Origin: an uncultured Thermoplasmata archaeon | Lineage (GTDB): Archaea > Thermoplasmatota > Thermoplasmata > Lutacidiplasmatales > UBA184 | Assembly (NCBI GenBank): GCA_963842165.1 | Contig: CAWJFK010000023.1 | Span: forward strand, 110,817 to 174,816 | Length of the DNA stretch: 64,000 nt | Direction: 5' to 3' | Part shown: in pieces, positions 43,693 to 54,505 of the stretch | Numbering within the stretch: position 1 is the first letter of the stretch | Layout: each line of letters starts with the position of its first letter | Notes under the pieces: model-generated | The model's input: only the letters and a program-made list of their open reading frames with translations | Database searches by the model: none | What the model was told of the DNA's origin: nothing | Program-made: the position numbers and the translations under genes

Positions 43693-45295
43693 GTGGCGAA
43701 CCGTCGAAGCGAATCTATGACTCCTCCCGCCTCGCGAGCAGAGGTAGAGTCTGACCCCGTGGCCAGCGCGATTGGCCGCGCGGGAATGACGGGAATCACA
43801 CTGAAGCAACTCGCCACTGTGACCAGCTTGGCCCCCGATAGGGTCGCCCATCGTGTAGAACGATTGGCGGCCGCTAAGACGATTGCCCGCCACGGACGGG
43901 GACTGTGGGTGTTGAGTCGATTTGCTGTAGGAAGTCCGGCGCCATCCTCGTTTCGTGGCCCCGACTGGTTCTCGGGCGCATTCGAAAGGCAGTTCACCAT
44001 CAAGATTGGACGGCAGGCAGGGGAGATTCAGTTCAATCCTAATGAGAAGCGGCCGGTCCATCGCTGGTGGCCATACGTTCAGGGGTTCTCGGCCGGATTC
44101 GTGGAGCTTACTTGCCGACGGTTTGGGGCGGCTCGTGGTTCTGTCGTGCTTGACCCATTTTGTGGTAGTGGAACCGTGCCGGTTACCGCCCGCTCACTCG
44201 GTGCCCTGGGTATCGGCGTTGACATGATGCCGGTAGCCGCGTTCGTTTCCGCGGCCAAGGCGGAATGGGAGACCGATCCCGAGGCGTTCTGGAAGGCTGC
44301 GATAAGTGTCATCGGAAACCGTGGTGACCCGACCATCGCCAAGCCATTCCTGAAGGAGACGGAACGGCAGTTTGAGAAGGATGTTCTGCGCTCGCTCCTG
44401 AAACTCAAAGAGAGTGTGTGGTCAGTGAAGGAAGGCCCGGTCCAGACATTGCTTAAGCTCGTGTTCGCGAGCATTCTGATTGACTGTAGCAATCTGAAGC
44501 GAGCGCCATGTCTAGGCTACACGCGTAAGCTCGGCCTGACGGCGGACACTCCGTATGACTTGTTCCGAGCTTCGGCCGGACGAATCAGAGATGATCTCCG
44601 TCTTCTCCAGAGGGAGCCCGAGAGATGGGGACCGAAGCCTCAGATTAGTTTGGGTAGTTCAGCTGAGGTCGAGCTCGGAACTGAGACGATAGATCTCGCA
44701 ATCACTAGCCCGCCGTACGTGAACGGGATGGATTACGTAATGAACTACAAGATCGACCTTGCATGGCTAGACTACATCCACTCGTACGAGGAATTGGCCC
44801 AATTGCGCGCCTCGATGGTGGCGTGCGACAACATCCCGAGAAGCACCGCGGCGAACCACAGGCCTTCCGGATTCGTTCGTTCGGATGAATGGTTGAGTTC
44901 TATCGCTCAAAGCGTATCGAAGAACATCGGTGCGAAGGGGGCGTATCGAGCGCGACGACATGGCAGCAATCGTGACCAAGTACTTTGACGACTTGGTCCC
45001 CGTCGTTCAGAATGTCTACAGAGCCCTCAAACCGGGCGGCCGTTTTGTGGTTGTGAACGGAGACTCACTGATCGCTGGAACCTACGTGCCCGGCGACATG
45101 ATTTTTGCCCGTCTTGCCGCTCAAGCCGGCTTCATTGTCGAGGCCTGCGACGTTGCTCGTGAGCGTCGTTCGGGACAGCGGCGCGGATTCATACTCCGGG
45201 AATCTATCCTTACTCTCCGGAAGCCCGGTCCGTACTCTCCCCCGCGTTCTGTCCGCCCGGTTCACGAACTGGAGGACTTTGACCCACCGAACTGA
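43693..45295 (+). CDS. Amino-type DNA methyltransferase (probably N4-cytosine) with N-terminal wHTH; indel near 44950
   Basis: VHRWWPYVQGFS, VLDPFCGSGT (motif I), ITSPPY (motif IV), LKPGGRFVVVNGDS, LRESIL. Confidence 0.88.
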
Positions 45296-46231
45296 GCAAC
45301 CGCCATCGGGCTCAAACCCGCCGTCCAGAGCGTTTCGTCCTCAAGACGGAGGAAGATGTCGACTGTCTGGTTCTGTAGTTTGGAACCGAGCCAGGTCTTG
45401 ACCTCCGAATTCGGGATCAGATAACAACGGCCACGGTTGTAGCATAGGTGTCCTCGTCCTTCGAGAACAGCCTTGCCAAAGGGTTCCCCCACGCGTATTG
45501 TGACTTGCAGCCCTTGTGACTTCTCGCTGCCCTTCCGGAAGAAGACAGGCGCTCCACCTAGCCTTCCCTCGTATCCCTTGATCGCCGATATGGCGCGCGT
45601 GGGAAACCGGCTCTCCACGTCTTGGGGCCGGACGATTGTCGAATCGACGACCGGCTCTTGGCCTCGAATCAATCAGCTCAAGTTCGTAGAGCACGTGACC
45701 CAGCTCGCTTCTGAGCTCCTCGAACAGGGTCTGCTGGGTTACCGAAAGCTCCGGCATCTTCTTTTGCTGATTGACGGCCGAATGGGCCTCTCCATCTAGA
45801 AACAGCTTGATCGCGGCCTGTTCCAGGGCCTCCCGGAGCGTCGAGTCGTTGAATCTTGAGTGCACAGCAGCGCGGCCATCATTGATTATGAGCGCCCGGT
45901 CGAAGCGACCGAGTTCCTTGGGTGCATGGTCGAGGTGTTGGCCCAACCGAGCTCGCAGATTGGAACTCTCGCCGATATAGACCCTATCTGTTTGTTCGTC
46001 CATCAGAACATAGAGGCCAGGGTGAGCGAGCCCCCTTCCCAGCTCCTCTTCAATAACCGACTTTAGCGGGTCGGCCGGTATGAGCCACACAACAAGCTGG
46101 CCGAGCTTGGTTCGACCCCTTACCACTCCGCGACCATCCACCGGATCAATGTCCCAGCCATATCGGTCTCTTGCGGACACCGCAAGGAACGAGTTATCCC
46201 CCCCAGATAAGCGGGCTGTCGCAAGGGTCAA
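45262..46231 (-). CDS. GIY-YIG endonuclease with unrecognised C-terminal domain; indel near 45670
   Basis: PGLYVL...VYIGESSNLRARLGQH...ALEQ...AVN. Confidence 0.8.
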
Positions 46232-46304
46232 CGCGAGGCCTGACGAGAATCGATCCCTGGGGGCGTGATCAAAGTCCTGAGTTCGCGAGCGCGTGACCGA
46301 ATCT

Positions 46305-46795
46305 TCAACAGCGTCTAGGCCGAATCGCGGCTAGCGGGGGGCCAGCGAAGTCTTCCAATCGCCTTCAACTTGTTGACGCCGAGGGCGCCTCGCTCATTTC
46401 TGGCCCTAGAACCCGTGCGCGGAAAGAGCCTCGAGGACTGCGACTCGGTCCGCCTCGTACATCGCAACAGCCTCGAGGTTTGCGTCCAGGAGCACCATTA
46501 GAACGGCATCCCAATCCTTACGAACATCGATTCGACCTAGTCGCTGACCCGGCTTGCTCCGAGGCTGGAGGCAGCGGCCTTTGATTTGCAGTTTGCGGGT
46601 GACCCCATTCGTGCGCTCCAAAGCATCGTACCCTTCATGCCTCGCGGGTGTCAGCTCGAGGCCGAGGAGTCTGGCAGCTTCATATTCGGCAACTTCTCCG
46701 GTGACCCCCAGCGGTTTTCCAGTCAGCGCCCGGTACTCTTGAGCCAGCTTCTTTACCCGTTGAAGGACCTCCAAGACGCGGGGACTCGTTTCCAT
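46305..46795 (-). CDS. DUF6998-like small PD-(D/E)xK nuclease-fold protein; indel near 46415
   Basis: GKPLGVTGEVAE...GYDAL...LQIKGR; continues in another frame as GSRARNERGALGVNKLKAIG. Confidence 0.7.
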
Positions 46796-46918
46796 TTTCT
46801 AAGGCTCCGAGTCGAACGACCGATAAGTGAGTTACTCCGGGTGCCCAGCCTTCCTCGGAACAAAGTCCCGCGACCTGGGACCGACCTTTATCTAAGGGCG
46901 GAACCCACGCGAGAGTCC

Positions 46919-47882
46919 TCACGGCGTTCGGGGTTTGGAGCCCTCGACCGACGAGCGCAACTGAACGAGCCTTGTCGCGACCGTTGCGAACAAGTCGAGC
47001 GCAAGTTGTAGGTCCTCCTTCGACGGATCGTGTCCGGTGTGGACCGAGCGGCTCAATAGACGGTGGAGTCGCCGGGCGATCCCTCTTTCTTCGTCGGACT
47101 GCATCAATCGGTCAACGCCGGCTTTCCAATCCTTCTCGCCACTCAGTTCGGTCACCAAAACCTCGAAGGCGATGCGGAGGGAGGCTGCGCCTTGCCGGTA
47201 CGCATCGGACCCCCCATCCTTCAGGCGGGTGATCGCCCCGTCAATCGACTCGGTAGCTTTCGGAATAGTTCGAATTGAGCTCAGCCTGGCTGCGTAGGTA
47301 CTCAGCGTCTTGCGGAGCTTGGAGGCGCTGAAGAAGGTCGGCGAGTTCCGGGGCACTACGCGCAGTCCGGTCTCTCGCTCGCCCGAACTTATGTCGCTCG
47401 TAGAGTCGGGGCACCTCCTGGTTAGGGACGAGCGGCATGTACGAGACCTCGTCGAGCGCGCGAATCAGGGCGCGGATTCGAGTGCCAGGGGCGCCACGAT
47501 CCAGCGCTGACCCGAAGCGACGGAGCAGTTTCGCGGAATTCGGGGTTGCCCCCAGCGAACCGTCCGCTACGGAATGCGAGCTCGCCATGGCCCTCGCTTC
47601 ACCTACGAGGGCGTCGATTCGCCGATTGGCCTCATCCCTTGCCGCTATCTTCGCGGAATGTCCCCACGCGGCCAGGACCTTGCGGCTCGTTCCTTGCCAC
47701 CCCCACGGCACGAGCTCACGGATACCGGCGTTAAGCAGAAGCTCGCCACCGGGGTTGGACCGTCCGGTCGCCGCGGCTGCATACGTACCGAGCAGCTGGG
47801 CTGCCTGCGCTCGAATGGCGGCAATCTGAGCCAAAGCGCCGGATCCCCCCACGGTTGGGTTACCGTACCCCCCGAGCGACAC
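46919..47882 (-). CDS. Hypothetical helical protein, C-terminus HEPN/Abi_C-like; indel near 47340
   Basis: AYRQGAASLRIAFEVLV...LHRLLSRSVHTG...EDLQLALDL. Confidence 0.5.
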
Positions 47883-48047
47883 GTACTCTCTACCCGATAA
47901 GTTCAGGTCATCTCGAGCTTGGGCAGGCCCCGGCTGTCAAGGATCCCGGACAACCCGACCTCGCCCGAGCCCCGGCCCCGGAAGCCTGGGTCGTGACTCG
48001 GGTCGCCCCGTGGGCAACGGGATGGACTTCGTCCTCGACCGATTCGT

Positions 48048-50156
48048 ATGGCCGACACCGGGGGAGGTAGCAAGAACTATCGCAAGCGTCAGGTTCCGGA
48101 TCTCGTGCGCCTGACGCAGATTTCGGTCCAGAACTTCCTCACCTTCGGTGAGAGAGCCGGCGTCCTCAAACCGCGGGCGGACAGGAACGTCCTACTCGGC
48201 CCGAACGGTGCTGGAAAAACGAGCCTATTCGAGGCAATTGACTTCGTGGGGTCCGCGTTCGGATACCCTGGCCCCCCGATCGAGCCGTATCGCCATCGCG
48301 GGAACGATTTGGCCGAGCCGAACATCGAAGTAAGGGTAAAACTCCTCGGCCCCGAGATCAAGGCGCTCACCGACTGGATGGTCCTCGCTGGGCTGTCCGA
48401 GCAGCTCAACATCACCCAAGGTACGAACGAACTCGGGGAGAACCCCGACCTCGGCGCGGCCCGGAGTCTCTCGAGAGAGCTGATCGGCTTCACGAGGCCG
48501 GCGTTCGATGCGCTCTTCTCGCGGGAGATTGGCTTCCGGGTCCAAGGAACTGGGAATCCCTCGCGTCCCCTCCGGTCGTGGATCGAGTTGCGCGCGGGAC
48601 CGGACTCCCTGTACATTTCCGAGAACGCCGGGCTGACGCTAGGCCGCGACTGGAATGGGGGTGGGTTCGTCTTCGATCTCCGGAAGGAGACCCTGAAAAC
48701 GCTCCTCGAGATCGCCCCAAACGCGCTGGCCCTCGATCCGGCGAAGAGGTCGGCGACGAGGGGCCAAGTCGCTCGGGCTGGTCGACGGTTCAACCTCAGG
48801 TGGTTGGTCGAGGGACTGCGGGTCCCAAGCCAAGGAACCCGGTTCGTCCAGGTCCACTCCTTCAACCTGAGAAGTTACGAAAGCCAAGAACGCGACACCC
48901 CCTCTCTTGCAAACGACCTTCTCCGCTTCCTGAAATCGCGTGGCTTCAGCTCCGAGACCATCGGGCTGCGCGAGCTCTTTCGCCTTGTTCTCGCGACCTC
49001 GGTCGTCCGCCTGTCGAATTTCCGGTCTCCTCCGAACTATTATCCGGAAGAAACGTTCGATCAGATCCCGACCCACTTTGAGCAATTGAACGGATGGGAA
49101 CTTCCCGCCGCGCTCTGGAGGCTCAAGGATAGTCCGGAACGGTCCGACCGCCAGCGGTTCCAACGCGTACAGGCCGCGTTCAAGGAGGTCTCGGGTGGGA
49201 TCGAGGTAGACGTCACCCTGGAGTCGGAACAGGTTACTCCCACCGTTCCCCCGACTAACCCTGCAACGGAGCACCCTGCACCCGCGCCCAACACCTCCAT
49301 GAACGCCCCTCCGCCCGCGTACCGGCAGTTCCCACGGATCCGCTTCTTTGACGAGCCGTACGAGTTCGGTTCGTTCAATGCCTCGGCCGGTCTGTACGAG
49401 TCGCTCCTGCTCGTTTTCACGGCCTTCGAGAGCGAGGGCGCAGTCGTGGTATTGGACGAGCCGGCTACAAATCTCCATCCCGCAAAGCAGCGTGAGTTCG
49501 CGCGCCTTCTCACGACGCGACTCGCGACTTCGGGTGTCCAACTGTTCGTCATCACCCACGCCCCCTCGTTCGTCGACCGCCAGAACCTTCGAGGGCTGGT
49601 CAGGGTCGACCGCCCGTCGGGCGCCACTCGACTTCTCCCGATAGACAAGAAGGCGGGGTTCGCGTACGACGAGCTGGCAAGTCAGGCCCAGATCCTCCCA
49701 AACCTGATCCCGATGCTATTCGCCCGGAAGGTGATACTATTCGAGGGAGACCAGGAGGCCCGTTCGCTACCAGTGTGGTTCCGGAAGATCGAACCCGGGA
49801 TAGAGCCTGGAGACCTCGGGATCGATACGGGTGACGGAGGCGGCGACCCGAAGTTGGTAATGCACGCAAAGGCGCTCAAAAAACTCGGGATTCCCTTCGC
49901 TATTGTCGGCGACCGGAAAAACAAGAAGGCGCTGAGGGCCTTCACTCCGAATGTGTTCACCGTCCCGTACTCGGACTTCGGCCGGATGGTCCGAAAGGAG
50001 TGCGAGCCGGAACTCAACCGAGTCTACACGCGCAAACCATGGCCCGACAAGATCGGAGCCGACGCCTGTCGGCGAGTCGCTGAGCTGGGCAATCCTCCAC
50101 CCTCCGTGATCGCTCTCTGGGATCGAATCAAGTCATTCATCGACGAGCCCCTCTAA
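48048..50156 (+). CDS. OLD-family-like ABC ATPase plus TOPRIM domain
   Basis: VQNFLTF, GPNGAGKT, VLDEPATNLHP, ITHAP, LFARKVILFEG, IVGD. Confidence 0.85.
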   Translation: MADTGGGSKNYRKRQVPDLVRLTQISVQNFLTFGERAGVLKPRADRNVLLGPNGAGKTSLFEAIDFVGSAFGYPGPPIEPYRHRGNDLAEPNIEVRVKLLGPEIKALTDWMVLAGLSEQLNITQGTNELGENPDLGAARSLSRELIGFTRPAFDALFSREIGFRVQGTGNPSRPLRSWIELRAGPDSLYISENAGLTLGRDWNGGGFVFDLRKETLKTLLEIAPNALALDPAKRSATRGQVARAGRRFNLRWLVEGLRVPSQGTRFVQVHSFNLRSYESQERDTPSLANDLLRFLKSRGFSSETIGLRELFRLVLATSVVRLSNFRSPPNYYPEETFDQIPTHFEQLNGWELPAALWRLKDSPERSDRQRFQRVQAAFKEVSGGIEVDVTLESEQVTPTVPPTNPATEHPAPAPNTSMNAPPPAYRQFPRIRFFDEPYEFGSFNASAGLYESLLLVFTAFESEGAVVVLDEPATNLHPAKQREFARLLTTRLATSGVQLFVITHAPSFVDRQNLRGLVRVDRPSGATRLLPIDKKAGFAYDELASQAQILPNLIPMLFARKVILFEGDQEARSLPVWFRKIEPGIEPGDLGIDTGDGGGDPKLVMHAKALKKLGIPFAIVGDRKNKKALRAFTPNVFTVPYSDFGRMVRKECEPELNRVYTRKPWPDKIGADACRRVAELGNPPPSVIALWDRIKSFIDEPL

Positions 50157-50308
50157 CGGGCCGGAAACCACCGCGGTTCAACACTAACTCGGACCTGGAG
50201 CTGACCCGGGGGTCAATTCTTCGTCAGTAGCTCCCGTGCGGCGTGGGCGGCAAGTGCTGGACGCTATCCCCGTCTTTTCGCCGTCGATAAGGATGGACGG
50301 ACAAGTAG

Positions 50309-52121
50309 TTGGCCGGACTCATTGAGATACCTGGCGACCAAAATCGGGCTGACTTATCTGGAAGGACGATTATCGGGCCACTGGCCCAGCGCGAGATGTC
50401 ACCCACGGGATTGACCACATTTCCAGTTGACTTCGGACTGGCACCCGACTACGTCGAGTCGGCGAGCAGGCTACCGGTCTCCTTCCCGACCGCACTCTGC
50501 GAACTTATCGACAACTCGATAGCGTCGACACCTTCGGGGGCTCCCGGGTTCGGAGTCGACCTCTACATCCATGAGACCCCGGCGGACTCGCTGCGCATCA
50601 TGCTGTCGGATGCCGGCCCGGGCATGCCTCCCGGCTATGTCGAGCGCGGCCTCTTCTTGCTTGGGGGGAAGCCTGCCCTACCGCCCGGGCCGTTTGCGTC
50701 TCTGAACGAGCACGGCCTAGGCCTCAAGCAGGCACTCCCCAGGCTAGTTCGTGACTCAGGTTACGTGTTCGAGTTGCGTTCTGGTTTCCGAGGTACTCCG
50801 GGTTCACCGATTGAGTACAGCCACATCCAAGGCGTGCTCACAACCGATCCCCTCCGCAAGATGAGCGGGCACCGGTGTGACCTACTCGCGGCTAAGCGGC
50901 TCCATGCGGGAGAAGCTCACTTCAATGCGGGGGTAAAGCCACGAGGTTGGAATCCGAATACCGGAACGCGACTCATCTTCGACTGCTCCAAGGGGTGGGC
51001 ATACGAGGGTTGGCAGTCCCCGTTCGGGATAGATCCCTCCTCAGTTGATTTCAAACGCTTCGCACAGCTGCTCAACGAGCATCTTGGGGTCACGTACCGG
51101 CATTTCCTTTCCCCCACGGGCAGGTTTGCCCTAGGTACTCCGGAACTCGATTAAGTGCCGATACTGGGCCGCCACGGGCCGTGCTCTTGGCCAATTCGAG
51201 ATCAAGCCAGTCGAAGTCCCCTATGAACCTGGCAAGTCGAAGTCAAGCACCTTCGCAGTGTCTAACGGAGCCGTCTCCATCGACGTCTCGTACTCGAGGG
51301 GAATATCGGACGCTGCGGTGTCCGCTACCAGGCAGGCATTCCACAAGATCAATCCCAGGGCCCAAGGCTATGACTTGGTCGTCAACGGCAAGGTACTCCA
51401 GTCCGCCGTTCTTGAGGAGGTCTGGGGGCGCAACAAACATCCCGGCCTCAACACTCTCACGGGCGAGATCATCTTTGAGGTGACCTCGGGAATCCTTCAC
51501 ACTACATCCACGAAGGATGGTCTTGACTGGAACCAGGACATCCTCGACGATGTTAGGACGGAGATTCGCAAGCTCGACTGGAGCGCTGAACATGTAGTTG
51601 ACATGTTCAGGCCGCCCCCACCAGCACCGCCGAAGTCTCGATTTCGGTGGGCGGGGCACGAAACGACCCTACACAAGCTCTTGGAGAGGGCGTGTCTTGC
51701 CGCGTATCCGACTTCCACCACGCGCCGTCCTCACTCCGCGTGGCCGATGGCGTCGACGGGCATCGATCCCAGAACTGCTGCGGATCTGACTTTTGACGAT
51801 CATCGCGGGTTCATCGTAATGGAGGTGAAGAAGGGTTACGTGGAGCCGCTTGACCTGTATCAGCTTCGACTCTATCGGGACGGTTTCTGCTTTTCGCGAG
51901 CCCCAAAACACCCGAGTTTCGGTTTGCTCATTGGCGACAGCGAACCGCCCGGGGTGAAGTGGTTGAGAGCTTACCTCAACCGACAGAAGGACCCCTGTGG
52001 AACCCTCTATCAGCTTCAGTTCCGACCGCTTAGTTTTTTCGGGCTTCCGCCACGTTATCCGGGGGGGTCCGCAAACGTTTCCGCGATGAGGAGTCTAATC
52101 GAGAAATTGTTGGGCCCATAG
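50309..52121 (+). CDS. GHKL (MORC-like) ATPase fused to a C-terminal restriction-endonuclease-fold domain; indel near 51150
   Basis: ALCELIDNS, DAGPGM, LNEHGLGLKQA, TGT; then ADL...VMEVKK...LYQLRLY. Confidence 0.78.
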
Positions 52122-52671
52122 CCAGTCCTTACGACGTGACCTCCGGGTCCGTTTACCGTCAGAGGGGGAACCGTGGACGCGCGTCGAAAGCCCTGATTTC
52201 GATCCTGAATGCGGACCAGTCTCCTGTCGAACGAGTTGGCACTGAGCGCGACCGATCCTGGCGCGGCTCGTTGCTTTTCTGACACCGTCGTGGTGCGTTC
52301 GGACTCGCTCACATCTCTTCGGACGGAACAGACAACGTAGCGGCAGCACCGTTCCACGCATTCTCTCGCCAATCAGGCGCGGGGGCCATCCGCCCCAGAC
52401 CTGGCTGGGCGGTGGGGCATTCGCGCTGGGGAAAACTAAGGGTGCCTTGGCGGGACCCTTGAAGACTGGACCGAATCGTGAAATGGTTGAGCCCTTCTAG
52501 GTGCGCTGACAAAGCTGAGAAGTGTTCCACGTATGGGATTGGACTACTAGGTTGGCACGGAGGAGTAATTCACAACGCTCGTGAGGTTCCACATCGACGT
52601 GGAAGACAGTGGGGCCGCCGTCAGAGCCTATACGGAGGCTCTACGAACCAAGGTTGTAGGGGTCAACTGGG

Positions 52672-53004
52672 CTAGACTATCCTGACCGGTTGTTCGGTCT
52701 TGGGTTTGAGGACTTTGATATCGTAGTCAACAAGGACTTGGTTTGCCGCCCACCTAATGGCTTCCAAGAACGCAATCATCCCGGCCGTGGACTCAGGGAC
52801 GATTGAGATGTTGTATACGTCGGTGGAAGTGTCAACGTCCATGGTAAAGCGAATCCCTTTGGGAACCTGGAACTGCTGTTGCTTTACTACGACGGTCTTT
52901 GTCTTGGGCGGCTCAACGGTAGTTCTGCGGTTAGGTTGCTTCTCCTCAGTCTCATTCCCCCGCGCTTGAACCCCCACCCGAGTACTCTCCTGCATCCCGT
53001 TCAT
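52672..53004 (-). CDS. Hypothetical protein
   Basis: ATG overlaps the reconstructed glycosyltransferase stop (ATGA); protein-like composition. Confidence 0.55.
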   Translation of the reverse strand: MNGMQESTRVGVQARGNETEEKQPNRRTTVEPPKTKTVVVKQQQFQVPKGIRFTMDVDTSTDVYNISIVPESTAGMIAFLEAIRWAANQVLVDYDIKVLKPKTEQPVRIV

Positions 53005-54154
53005 CGAATCATCTCCGCGCATAATACCTCGAGCTCACTCGCAAGGTGCTCCCACTTGAGTTTCGGGGGCACCCCCCCACTCCCTTTGGGCGACCCCAGA
53101 GACTTACCCAAGCAATCAGCTGCGTCATCGACGTTGGCGAACCACTCATAGCCTAGTTGATGCGGGTATCCTGCCGAGATCGGACCAAGAAGGACGAGTG
53201 AAATTCATCCCAATGGCTTAGAACCTCTCGATGGACTGGGAAGTCTGTCATTATGGTTGGAGTGCCGCACGACGCGGCTTCCGCCATCGGCGAGTTGAAA
53301 CCCTCCGCGGTGGTGAGGCTAACCACAGCAGTCGCGGAACGGTACAGTCCTGCCATATCGCCTTCCGTCATGCCGATTGTGTGGCCCGAGAATCCCGCCC
53401 CCGACCGAAGGGCGATTCGTCCCTTTCCCCATAGACCGGCCGCCTTGACTATCTCCTCAAGTCGAAAAAAGCCTTCAGATGGTGAGTGCAAATAGAGAAT
53501 GGCATCGGAGTCGTACCTTTCGAGGAACGACTTGAAGGCCAGGATAAGCAACGGCTGCATCTTTCGACCGGTCGACCAATTGGTCGCGACTTGGACAAAC
53601 AGGGGAACATCTGAGGGAAGACCGAACCTATCGAGGGTTTCCGGTTCAGCTTTCCCGGCGTGATAGATGTCGGGGTTTACGCCTGGGTAAAGCCGCCTCA
53701 TGCGCGTCCGCGGCGCGCCACATCTAGTGAGTACTTCCAGTCCCCAGTCAGTTGTCACAGTCGTAAGGTCGGCTTCGGAGCTTACGGTGTCGACGAAAAA
53801 GTCCGGATAGTAATCGTGATCCACCGGCGTGTAAGCCATGAATTTTCCTCCGAACCTATGCGCGATAGGCATCAGGTGGTAGGGCTTTGCCGCTGACTCT
53901 TCCGATAACACCCAGTTGTCACGGATGTGAACGGTTACATCGGGTCTGAAGGTGGAGAACGCCGACTCTCGCGCATAGGCGTCATTGAAAGCGATAACAT
54001 GAACCCCCTCGACTTCCCGAGGGGGGCCGACGTGCTGAAGCCCAAAGTTCGCAACGACGTGCCCCCTGCGAACAAGCCAACTCCCGAGCTCGAGTGTTTG
54101 CTTACCGTAATCGGTGGGGAATGTGCAGAGGTCCCCGGCGAGAGCGATTCTCAT
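53001..54154 (-). CDS. GT-B (family 4-like) glycosyltransferase; indel near 53155
   Basis: PGVNPDIY, GRKMQP, EGFNSPMAEAASCGTP; continues LGYEWFANVDD...KWEHLASELE. Confidence 0.88.
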
Positions 54155-54441
54155 TCGTTTTGCGAGTGGACTCGCCTACATGAATGCTTCCGAAATATCC
54201 TGGAGTCTCAGAGGGGGCCGCCGAGAGGGCGCGTGTCGATTCCATCTGCCAAGCCCCAGCCCTCGTCCGCTCCGCCTGAGCCTGCAGGGCTGCTAGTTTC
54301 CCTGTGCCCAGACCTTGTCCTTGATTGCCGTTCCTTCCGTGAGAATGATTCACGATCCCCTAGGGCCCCCAAAGGTCAAGGGAAAGCTGGCCCTCAAAGG
54401 TTGTGATTTTCACTTGGCCCGACGACACTCATATGTGGAAA

Positions 54442-54480
54442 TCGGACATATCTGAGTCGTATCTTCGCCGAGGGCTTATG
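54442..54480 (+). promoter_or_regulatory. Putative promoter/operator motif shared with 13709-13746
   Basis: TCGGACATATCTGAGTCGTATCTTCGCCGAGGGCTTATG, ending 25 nt before the GTG start. Confidence 0.55.
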
Positions 54481-54505
54481 TTGCGGGAGACCCAATACAA
54501 CGAAC

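Noticed and set aside
48048-50156. Calling the OLD-like gene Gabija GajA or a PARIS component
   Set aside because: No UvrD-like GajB or separate AriB partner is adjacent.
52122-52670. Short ORFs between the GHKL nuclease and the small hypothetical gene
   Set aside because: No motif or convincing coding pattern.
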